This document shows positions 26,101 through 38,100 of a stretch of DNA of 64,000 nt, one piece after another. How positions within the stretch are numbered: position 1 is the stretch's first letter; every line of letters starts with the position of its first letter. A program made the translations under genes and the position numbers. The notes beneath the pieces are model-generated. The model searched no databases. It was not told where the DNA came from and saw nothing but the letters and a program-made list of their open reading frames with translations. This DNA is from Stylophora pistillata (taxonomy: Eukaryota), in the NCBI RefSeq assembly GCF_002571385.2, contig NW_019218509.1, positions 1 through 64,000 of the forward strand, given 5' to 3'.

Positions 26101-29100
26101 TTCGCCATCCATGGAAAATACCTTAATTCTGCTGTTATTATACTCTGTTACAACAACAAAACGTCTATCGCTTGTAATACAAACACTTCCGGGGTTCTTT
26201 AACTCCCCGTCTCCTCTTCCCTTTTTTCCAAAGCTTTTCACAAAGTTTCCTGTTTGTACATTCAACTGCTGTATTCGATTGTTTCCTACGTCTGCCACCA
26301 GAATCTCTTCATCGTTTAGGAAAGTGACGTCGACTGGTTCCTTTAATTGCCCAGCTTTTTCTCCTTGACAACTGAGTTTTCGGACAAATTTTCCTGTCTC
26401 ATCAAATCCCCGGATTTAGTACACGACTCGGGAAGTCAGGGGGCCAATAACTGAAAACAACCAATCAAAATGCTCTATTGCCGGTCTATATTCTCTCCGT
26501 ATTGGACCGGGCACTGTCCCGAATGGTCCCGAATGATACCGCACTTGTGTCCCTTTGAATTTCAGTCGTGTAATAAATCTCTTATTAACCAAGCTTGCTC
26601 GGGACCGTACTAGAAGAATATCAGCCCATCGAATATCGAATGCGAATTTATCGGATGCGAATTTGTGCCTGACACTCGGGGCATGGATAAAACCCTTGTT
26701 TTTGTCTCGTTAGTGCATGTCTCTCCAGGCATTCACAGCAGAACGTATGAAGACAAGTAATGGTCTTGGGTTCGGTGTAAGTATCATGACAAATCGAACA
26801 CGTTACATGTTCTTTGAGGTTTTTTAGAAGCGACTCCATTACAAATGTCCGACTTTAACACATGCGTGAAATCTACTTGTGATTCCGAGAAACTGAACTT
26901 GAATTAGCATTCTATGTAAAGCAGCGAATCAGATCTCTGTAAGATCGCGTGATCTTTACGCAGAGTTTGACAGCTTTATGTCGATAGTTTAACACACTAT
27001 TGTCTGATTGCTGTATCATTGCGTAATCCAGTGGGTTTCATAGCGTGACCCAATGTGTTGTTGTCGACACTTAGTTACCAAATGCTACAAGCAACGGACA
27101 CCTCAAAAAAGACCATCTACCTCACTTTTTCTTCGTTACAATTACCGCTGTTTTTTTCTCGTTCATGATCAATCTTCCCTTCTAGACTCCACTTTAGGCA
27201 CAGCAAACGGAGCAAAAACACGATGGAAAGGCTAATGGGAACAAAGTTTAATGTCTGGAACAATGCTGACCCTAAAATCAAAAACTCTCATCTAACGAAA
27301 ATAACAACATCCTACTCCATCTTTGGAAAAGCGGTGAATTTAACCGAAAACCAAAACACAACATACCCTCTCTCGTTGCAATGGATGAAAGAACAGTGAA
27401 TGGAGAGTACTTTGACACAGTAAACAGTTTTGTTTAACATAGGTGACTACTCAAGCGGGCTGCGAGAAATACAGATTCCTTCTATAAATGTTAAAGGACT
27501 GAAACCGCGAGAGCTATGAAAAAAAAAAAAAAGGGAAATTCGTTTAATTTAACGACAAACAAAACCTTTTACCGCGAATAACTTTTCAAATCTTAAATTT
27601 TTCTTTAAAATTGTATTGATTCATCCAAATATTAAGTTGGTCACAAAAAAATGTATAAAACGATATACACTTGTCAATCTCTATTATAAAATGAGTTCTA
27701 CGAGTATTTGGGCAAAGCTGTATTGCATTCATGGCATAAGCCCCAATGATTATTTGTATCATAGAGTAGTGGATACTTTCCCAAAAAAGAGGAAGAGGGA
27801 TGCTATATTATTTCTACCAACTAGATGACACAAGGAAGACTGCGCTCCGATGAGAAAACGAATTTATTTTCCCCAGATCGTGTCAGTAGTCAATGAGTGG
27901 TCGGACAAAACACCATAAAATAAACCTAACTAAAGTCATATCGAAATCCTTCGGAACGCTTCTCGACAACACTCTGCTACTGAACTATATATAACTAAAA
28001 TAATGACTACTAATTGCGAACAAGCTTGTTCGACAAAGAGTATAGCCAGGTCGCATGCGTTATGCGACAACAACACAATATATTACGCAATTGTCTTCGT
28101 TATTGCAAGTTCGTGAACACTCTCCGCACAGTTTTGTAATCAAAGTCTTTTCAAAATTGCGAATACATAATATTTCTACTGGCGCAGTCTCACCCGGTCT
28201 AAAAGCAATCCTAAAAAGACCGCTTCAGTCAAGGATTTAGGACACAAGTTAAAGTAAACTGTTTAAATAATTGAATGAAAAAACAGTAAAGGTAATTTTC
28301 AAGTCTAACGAGTAAAGTTATTCGCAACGCATCCAGTACAATACTTGTTTCAACAAGGGTCAACAGTATGCAAAACAAAAAGATAAGCAATGTAGAACAG
28401 TAAGACAGTGAAAAAAGTCTAACAATGTCAGTAATTAATTCAATCGACATTTTCATAATGATTCTGTATGCGAAACGTTCCTAAAACATACTTTAAAAAT
28501 TTGACTAAAAGTGAAAGTTGTCTTTTTGTCACGTAAACAAAGGTTTTCGTTACCCAGCGTAAGTTTATCCAAACTCCTTCACGCCTAACAGCCAAGCTAA
28601 ACGGTACGGGAAAACCTTTTTGTCGTGTCCGTTTCAATTTCTTGGTGAAGTCATTCAACATGTTTTCTTACAAGTGCCTACCTCTCTGAAAACAACTTAA
28701 CTGTTAATTCAACCTTGAGCACCAATCAGGTCTAAATAATTCTCTATAATGCTTAGCTCAAATTACCACGCTGATAAAAGTATATAGGTACTTAACAATT
28801 TTCACAATGTTTACGACTTAATTATGCAAACTAACTGTCAATATGTCTACCGTAATCTAAAAATTCGATATGGAGAGATACTTCCGTGTTCGACGAGCGA
28901 ACGATTATAATCAAGCTGCAAAACAAGGCCACGTAAAAATCTAAGAGAAATAAATGCTGAAAAGTTGATTGCTTAAAAAAACAATTTACACTTAAAGCGG
29001 TTCAGGCTAATCACATTTCCAAAAGCAAATAAGTACTACGCGATGGCCAAATTGTTTCTAGTTTAATCGTGTTGACTACTGTCAATATTAATCCTATTAC

Positions 29101-32100
29101 TTAAAGTTGAAAATACGATGCCACTAAAAGCAAATGAGTACCAAGCAATTGCCACAATTTTTAAGGTTAGCTACAATCAAAATGTATAAATTTCAAAACA
29201 ATTCGATGTAAAAACATGCTCCATCTGACGAGGGAATGATCGTCATCAAACTTTTAAAAAAAAAAAAACCTATATCAATATGTGCTCAAGGAAAAGTCTA
29301 CTTGAACATACTAAGAAAATGTAAAGCTAAAAATTATCAACAACAATGTTCACGAATCAGTGCTTTTGTACAGTTATTTTGCAGAAATATTGTTTTTCCC
29401 TTTACAACATTCTTAAGTCTTAAAGCAGTTACCAAGCTTAATCTTATTTGAAAGGAATTTTTTTCCTTGCATGGTCTGTTGATCTGTATGGTGTACATGA
29501 GTTTCAAGCTCATTTCAATCGCGCGTAACTTTCGGATCTATTAGCCCTGTGACGCGATCACTCTTCGCTAAAATTATGCCGTTTTCAAATAAGAGACCAA
29601 CTAGATGACTGAAAATCTTTGAAGAGGTCCTAGCAAATCATCAGCTATTTTTAGCTCCGATATCGTTGTTAATTTACAGCACAAACAATCACATCACTAA
29701 AGTAATGAATCGACGGAAATCTTTGAACTCTCCTCGAAAATTTTAACGGTAAGTTGCCCGGTTCTGGCCATCTTCTTACGAATTCTTTCACGACATCCAT
29801 AAATTAATAAAACAATAAAACTTAAAGACATTCTCATCGGGTTTCTTAACGAAGATTCGCCGGTTAATTGAATAAATGTACAATTATTTCAGAAAGTATA
29901 TTTCTTTCGCGTTGAATTCTGTAATCGAAATCCGATCATCTGGCATAATGGTAACACCCCAGAGCTGTTTTAGTTTGAGATCGTAGCTTTTCTTTCCAGT
30001 GAAAGTTTCTTTCCGGGGCTTTTTTAGTTTCAGATTAGTACTTGTCTTTCCAATGAAAGTTCCTTCCAATGTAAACATTTGAATCCGATTATTCAGCGAG
30101 TCACATATGACAACCTTGCCATACTTGTCAACACATAACCCATGCGGCTGATTCAGTTCTCCATCACCATTTCCTTTTTCGCCAAACTTGTACAAAAACT
30201 GTCCTTTGCTATCAAACACTTTCACACAGTTATTTCCCTTGTCAGTTACAATGAACTTGTCCTCGTGACAAATGCAACCCAATGGATGATCCAGCCTCTC
30301 TGAGCCGCAGTCTCCAAACTTTAACACAGGTTCGCCATCCATTGTAAACATCTGAATTCTGCTGTTACTATGCTCCACTACGACGATAAACTGTCCATCA
30401 CTTGTATTACATACACTTGTGGGATTCTGTAACTCTCCGTTCCCACTTCCCTTTTTTCCAAAGCTTTTCACAAAGTTCCCTGACTGTACATTCAGTTGTT
30501 GTATTCGGTGATTACAATGATCTGCCACCAGAATCTCGTCATCATTTAGGAATGTGACGTCGAGTGGTTCGTTAAATTGTCCATCTTTGTCGCCGCTACA
30601 ACCAAGTTTTCGCGCAAACTTTCCCGCCTCATCAAATACCAGGATACAGTGAGTTTTACCCTCAGCCACAGCAACAACACCTTTACTGTTCACTGCGATG
30701 CCGGCTAGACCCTTAGGCTCTGCTCGTTGGAGGTCCAACTTTCCAGCAATATTTAACTTTCGTGACTTGACCGGAATAGTGAAGGGACAAGTAGCAAGTT
30801 TCTGTTCATTTATCTCAATTCCCATTTGATAAGCACCTGGTGCTTCCGCTACAAATTTGGCCAGGAAACGGCCATCTCCTTTTTCACTCGTCACCAAACT
30901 TCTCAGCTGATCTCGCGGGTCTATGTGTACTTCAACACGATCTGTGTGCTGAGTGGTTCTGTTTTCTCCTTCGCTTGTTTTGAGACAAATGAGCAGCTCT
31001 GCTTCTACACCAACTTGGAAATTCTGATGCAGTCCTTCCACTGTCGATCCTTGTACATCTGTTTCGCTGAATTTCGTAAATCCCAGACTTAAACTCTCTG
31101 TTTCACATGTCGACACAAACTCAACTAACGAGCTAAGCGAAAGAGTTGGCATTGTTGTCTTAATGAGGTCTTCTATTCGTTCTTCCATATTCTTCTAGTT
31201 TTGTACTATGTCTGGATTTGAGCTTCTCTCAGCCAGGTTGTTACTGAACTTAAATGCTTGGTCAAGTTGTTTTTTCAAAGAGACAATTGACTCTTTCCCA
31301 GAAAGTAATTTCTGAACCCTCGACACGCGAGCCCCCTCGAGGGCAGTAATGGCTTCATGCTCCAGTTGGCGAAGCTTTCCCATCACCTCTTCGACTGTTT
31401 GGGAAACTTTGCGTTTAGCGGTAGTAATATTCGCCTCCAACTCTACTTCTGTCTTCTCAAATTCACGGACAACACCTTGGCAGAGCTCTTTCTTATCTTT
31501 CAGCAGCTTGGTTCGAGCAATGATGATTGCTTTCTCAACATCCGCTGCCTTCGCAAAAGGAACAACATCATGGCTTTTGTGATCTGTAGCGATGCAAACT
31601 TGACAAACACAGCTTTGACATTCCGAGCAGAAAAACTTTGTTACTTCTTTCTCGTGATACTTAACGGTGCAAAATGACTGCCTTTTCAACAAGGCCTCGT
31701 AGTCTGTGGGTTGAAACTGTCGTACTGGCGTGACTTTGTGTCTCTGAAACAAAGTATCTCGAAACACTTCGTGTGCATTCGCACAATCGGGGCACATAAA
31801 CTTCTCGCAATCAAAGCAGTAGTTGATTTCAGCGTTCTTCTTCTGGCATTTACTACAGCTGATATCGTTTCCATCGCCACTGTATTGAACAGCAAGAAGA
31901 CTCAACAGGCTGTTGTGCCGAAAACTGTTCGGCAGATTTTCAAAACAATTTCCTTCAGGGATGCGAATTTGTGCTTGACAATCNGGGCATGGATAAAACC
32001 CTTGTTTTTGTCTCGTTAGTGCATGTCTCTCCAGGCATTCACAGCAGAATGTGTGAAGACAAGTAATGGTCTTGCGTTCGGTGTAAGTATCCAAACAAAT

Positions 32101-35100
32101 CGAACATGTTACATGTTCTTTAAGGTTTTTAAGAAGCGACTCCATCACCAATCGAAGGCAAAAAACACACCTGCCACGTATTGTTTGTGATTCCGAGAGA
32201 CTGGCATTAAATTAGCATTCTGTTTAAAGCAGCGAATCAGATCTCTTGAGGTCGCATGAGGGCGCGGCGGAGTTTGACAGCTTTGCATTTCAATTTTATC
32301 CACCCGTTGTCATCTTTCTCTATCACTGAGTAATTATATCGATTTCATAGCGTGATCGAATGCATCACACCCCAGTCACTGTACCATGAAATAGAAAATG
32401 CTATGAACGTTTATTAATATACCATCTACCCTCCACTAACTATGATCTACCTCATTTTATCATCGCTACGCTTACCGTCGTTTAGTGAGTTTGGGACTCC
32501 GAGGAAATTGTTTAACACCACACGAAAAATAATCCTTTTCTATCGAGAGCAGCGATCCGGATCACTTCAGAATCACAAGCGGTATTTGTTAACAGCAGTC
32601 TTTCTTTAAATGTTTCGTAAATTTTCTACAAAAGCGTGTAGACAACGAGTAGTCCCTCCTTTTCGGCGAAGTTCGTCGAACGAGTCAAAGAAAATCAGAA
32701 AATTAAAAAAAAAATTTGTGTTAGCGCGCTGGGGGAGCTCCATGCATCACTCTTGGAGCTCCTGATTTTTTGTTTTTTTTTTTGTTGTTATGTTTTTGTT
32801 TTTTGTTTTTACTCGCGCGACGGACTTCACCGAAAAGGAGAGATTGCCCTTAATCGACAGAAGCGTAAGAGAGAAACAACAAACAAATGTCTGGTTTTCA
32901 TGTGCTGTCCACATTTGGAAATTCCGTGAGATGGACAGAAAGGGATATTCTGCTTTCATGTGAGAACGGAAAATATAACCTATTTTGGTTCCTTTGTGTA
33001 TCGCATTTGGTGTGGATCGTGGGCTAATTTTTGGCTAACAAATGTTGCAGTAATGGTGTCAAATTAGTCTGCTGTGCAAGCGTCTTCTTAAGGCAAATTA
33101 ACTTGACAAGCTTGTGATCGTTTGCTCGACAAGTCATTTTTAATTCAGAGTTAGGAGGAGAGGGGGTAGGGAAAGGCGAGAAGAAGAAGGCAAGTGACGC
33201 TCGGCTGCAACTGTTAGGGAATTCTTCTCTGTCACACTATTTCTCCTTTAATTTCAAAACTTTGCAACTTTCAAGTTCAGCAAATGTGAATAGGGGGGGT
33301 GGGACGATGGAGGAAGAGAGGTTATTCAATTGAAATGGAATGAACGAGTCGCCTTTATAACGGTTTTTTTTTTCGATGCACTGTGTGACAGCCCGATAGA
33401 CTGCTCAACTAGCACGCTGTTTTATTCTGTCCATCGCTATCTGCGGCAAACAAGCAGAGGAATGAGCGCTAAGAACAAAAAAAACCCATTTCTCCCACCC
33501 TTTAACCTTCGTGTTCTTTAAATACCCCGCTGCTCTTTTCTTCGCTCGCGTTCTGTACGATGCTCTAAGATAAAATAAAATACGAGGTCTGTAATGGACT
33601 ACGAGCATTTCGCTTTTTCCTCGCAGTCCGCGCGGTTTGAGAGACACAAACCACTCGCGCGCAGTTAATTTCCATTATCACCTCCCCCTCGAAAAACTTA
33701 GGAAGGCAAAATAGCATCGCAGTGGAGAGGTGGATCCTAAGCTCTTGCCTTCCTTTAGTAGAGGGAAAAAAAAAAAGAAAAGCACCATAAGTAGTGCATT
33801 CAGGGAGATTAAAGTTTCGAAAGGAAAATTTTGCGGAAAGAGTCTAGCTAAGGAATAACTGTTCAAGGGTACCTGAGGAATTGAAAACATGGCAGGCCCA
33901 ACCTCCACCACTTCTGGTTCACCAACAGCGAGATTCCTAGGCTCTGCACCAGCTCTGACCTGTAAATCAAACAAATGAATTATAACATTTCACACATTTT
34001 CAGTATATCAGAGCAATTAGCAATTGAGTGTTCAAGGTAAGTCGATGTTGCTTTGGTTTTAATTCACTTTACTTTGGGATCGGTCAAGAAAACTCGCGCC
34101 ACTTTCTGAACCAATCAGATTCAAAACTTTAAACAAGTGCGACTTGATTACTTGCACTTTCCCACACTTCAGCCAGTTTGCTTGTTTTTACTTTCAGTTC
34201 TCATTAGCTGCTTGTGCTATTTTCCTTTCATCCAGTTGGTCTTTGTGATTTGTCAGGTTTTAGTTTTAGAACACTCCTCCCCAAGGATGGGATTACAGTC
34301 CATGACAGGTCACCCTACCCCTTCCCTCCCCTCCCCTTGCATCTCGTTAGGTTTCCTAAACAATCTACCAGTAACCAAATATACTCTTCGGGGGAGGTCA
34401 CTGAGAGAGTTTAGTTACTTGCCCAAACTACGACACAATGACTTAACCATGTCTTGAGCCCAGGGCCCAGTTGTTCTTAAGCTGATTGGCGCTAGCCCAG
34501 GGTTCAATTTAAATCCAGGTTTCTTTATTTTTTAAAAGCCTTCTAAGATGTAAAATTCGCTATTCTTTGAAGGGCATTCAGTCATCAAATTGTAGACAAA
34601 AATAACCATACTGAATTTTCTTTTAAAGCTTTTAGATCTTAAATCCGATTTAACACTAGCCCCGCGTTATCTCAACCCAGATTTGAACAACGCGGCCCGA
34701 GGCTGGGTTGTTCAAAACCGAGTTAGGATATCCTAGGGATGGCATGAAATTTGAATTTATATAATTATGAAAGCTTCAAAAGCACATACAGATTAATTAA
34801 TTCTGTCTACAATTTGATGATTGGGTGCTCTAAAGAGAATAGAAAAAAATCATCCGAGAAAATGCTTTTGAAAAAAAGGAAAAGAAAAACTCGGTTTAAA
34901 ATTTAACCATGGGTTACTGTTAATCGACCTTCAAACCAACTGGCCCCAGAACTCTAGACCCAGAGTTCAGCTGGCAAACTATTAACCCTTTACCCCCTAA
35001 CATCAGTATGCATATTCTCTATACTGTTCTCTATACATTTCCTAAGGACCTTTTCACCCTAACATCAGTATGCATATTCTCCATACTGTTTCCTAAACAT

Positions 35101-38100
35101 TTCCTAAGGTACTGACAAGTAGAATTTGTTTAACAATCAAGATTTTGTTTCGTTGGAGATCATTTCCCCTATTCTCATGCTCTTAATAGTTGATTAAGGG
35201 GTCATATTGTAAGGAGAAATTAGATGCTAATCACTCTTAAGGGAACAAAGAGTTAAGCCTGCCACCATCTTATTATTCATCTTCTTATTTTTGTTCTTAA
35301 AAATTTCCTCTCTGTTGAATTAAAAAATTCAAAGCTTGTCCAGACTTACCTCGGGTGCAGCTGCTTTGGGTGGAGTCCTTGGAGGGGGGTCATGAGTATG
35401 AGGTGTGGGTACAGATGGAGATGCTGCTCTTTTTCTGTGAGAGCGTAGCACTGAAAACAACATATAAAACAATTTTTTACAATTCCAAAATCTCATTTAA
35501 TTTTAATTAGTAATTCTCCCTACGTTCTCCCATACAATTCTTATGAAGTTAGTTGGGAGAATTTGGTGTTGGATCAACTGATAATCCCCTAATTTTCTTC
35601 TTTCCTTATTCTCATCACTTGTCGGCTTGATATTGTACTGATGTTCCAAGGAGAAAAAAATCTGTCCTGGTCACTCATTGGAGTTAAAAGGTTAATACAT
35701 AACTGGTCACATGCTGGAAGCTTAGTCAGTTAAGTAGCTTAGTCAGTAAACAAACAAATAAATAAAAACAAACACAAAAACAAATTGTAATAAGTTTCAG
35801 AGGTCTAACAAACATAAAACTTTAGACAGTTGTCTGATGACTTCCTTGTAAATTCCAATTTCTTGCATGCACACCGGGGACCCCTTTTAGTCCTCTAAGT
35901 AACTTTCATCACAGGTTGCCCAGGGATTTCTGATTTCTTCCTTGAGGAACCCTCACATATGAACATATGACTGTAGTTGTGAAGGGGCTCTTCTATGTGT
36001 AAATAAGTTACCTTCATCATAATCAACTTTATCAAAGTTTGTCTTCCACACCATCACCTGGGGAAAAAGAGAAATATTGCTTTTCAACTTAAGTTGATTA
36101 TAAGATCACTTACAGCAACAGCGCTAAGTGCCCTTTCAACTCAAAAAAAAAAAACAAAAAAAAAAAACAAGTAGACTAACAGACAATTGATTAAGAAAAG
36201 TTTTCCTTTTACCTGCTCATCTGAACTTCCCGATGCAAAATATTCACCATTACGTGAGAAAATTACACATGTTGCTGGACCCTATAATAAGAAAAAAAAT
36301 TAAAACTTCAGTGCCTAAACCCCTTTTATACTGCAGAAATACTGTTAACTTATGAAATGCTTTATAGCGGTAAACCAATGGTGACACACTCTCATTGCTT
36401 TTGATTAGTGCATGGGTTTTAAAGGATGATTTTTTTCTTTTTTTACATAGTCTCACATAAAGAGAGCAAAATTCCCAAAAGTTTTGTCTTAATAACACTC
36501 TTCCATTCCTTCAACCTCCCTGGTGATTAGATGAAGCTGTATAAACACTGAACAAAGCCATCTACTGCTTTAGTAAGGGATATATTAAAAGAAATCCTGG
36601 TAGTGAGGAATCTACTTTATCCCATTTATAACAGACTACAACATAGTATATTTCCTCGTAATGCATTGAATATGTCATATAAATATTATTAATATCATTT
36701 TTTTTTCAAATAAAAATTGATTAAAAAGTTATAACACACTAACTTCTGCTACATATGGCAATCTGCGGTCTTTTCTTACACTTAAGTAGCATGGAAAGCC
36801 ATAAAAATCTTGAACTAAAGCTCATCTTTCAAACCAGCAGTCTAAATCCCACAGGGATCAACGAACGCTTTTCATTCCACTAATTTATTCGTGTTTTTCT
36901 CGTTGCCATGTTCCCACCAATAACGTAGCTCCATTTTCTGCCTTTAAAAGCACACACAACCCACAATTCCTCTATTCGCTCCGACGAAGGGCTAACACTC
37001 GAAACGTCAGCTTTTGTAATCGTTATGGTGGCCAATTTACCATTTCAACTTTATTGATATATCCAAATAACTTCTGCTACACCATGTAATGAACAAACCT
37101 GATGTCCATGGAGAGTGTAGAACAGTCGTCCTTCCATTAAGTCTAATATCTGGAGAAAATATTATTAACATCAATTCTGATTAAGTGTTCTTTTCACTGA
37201 TTTTAAAAGTGTTCTTTATTGCATACTTTGATATACTTTAATATAACTATGAATGCACATATCTTCATCAACACAGGCTTATATATGTGTGCCAACTAAC
37301 AGCAACGAAAACATGAATAAAATATATATTAACACTGAATATAATTATAATGATAGTAAAATTTATTAAAGTAAAAAAAAACAAAACACAACATTATGCA
37401 GGGATTTCATTAATGTTTCCAGCAGGAGGGCAACTGGTTTTCACAGGTGGGCAAAACTTTTTGAAGTAAATTTCTTTGTAGGCTAAACTTTCTTCTAGAT
37501 GGTCAAACCAGGTGGGCAAATTCATCTTCACAGCTAGTCAATATGCACAGTGCCTGGCCCTTAATGAAACCCCTGATTATGTAGTATATTTACTAACATT
37601 ATAGATTGAATGCTTGTTGGAAAAGGTAAGTCAAAGGGAGAGGGGGGAGGGGAGGGGAAAGGGTTGGTAAAACTGGTGTTTGGTAGGCCAAAAGTGATGG
37701 ATGTAGGCTCTCATAATTGTCAAACTGCATCAGACATAAAATGGATCCCAAAGTGTGACCATAGAGCAAATAAGCAAGTAACAGGAAGATATGATGGAAG
37801 TTTCTACTGGATACAAAAGTGTACACAAAGAACAATAGTCAGAGCTCTTTCACATAACTCAGGTTATCTTTCATATCCAGCTGAAACCAACCATTATCCC
37901 ACCTTCCTTTCTTGTTCATTAATTTAGTTGGGCAGCAGGGATGACACAGAGGTTAAGAGCACTTGCTTCCCACAGCTGTGGTCCAGGTTTGATTCCCAGA
38001 CCTGGTATAGCATGTGGGTTGAGTTTGTTGTTAGTTCTTCTCCTTGCTTAGAGGGTTTTTCTCCCTTCACAAAATCCAACATTTCAAATTCTAATTCAGT

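Noticed and set aside
3154-32019. Recurrent plus-strand ORFs antisense to the TRIM copies (e.g. 7885-8553)
   Set aside because: Shadow ORFs of the coding strand, repeated only because the TRIMs are paralogous
1817-32145. Naming the TRIM copies TRIM71/lin-41
   Set aside because: The architecture is shared, but orthology cannot be shown by eye; intronless tandem paralogues point to a lineage-specific expansion
25109-33873. In-frame POC1(WD40)-TRIM fusion by splicing exon 14 into a nested TRIM
   Set aside because: The conserved CAG upstream of copies 4 and 6 lies 53 and 55 nt before the ATG, out of frame with the phase-0 donor. An in-frame ttcag|TTCGTGATG exists only in distant copies 1 and 2 and is not conserved
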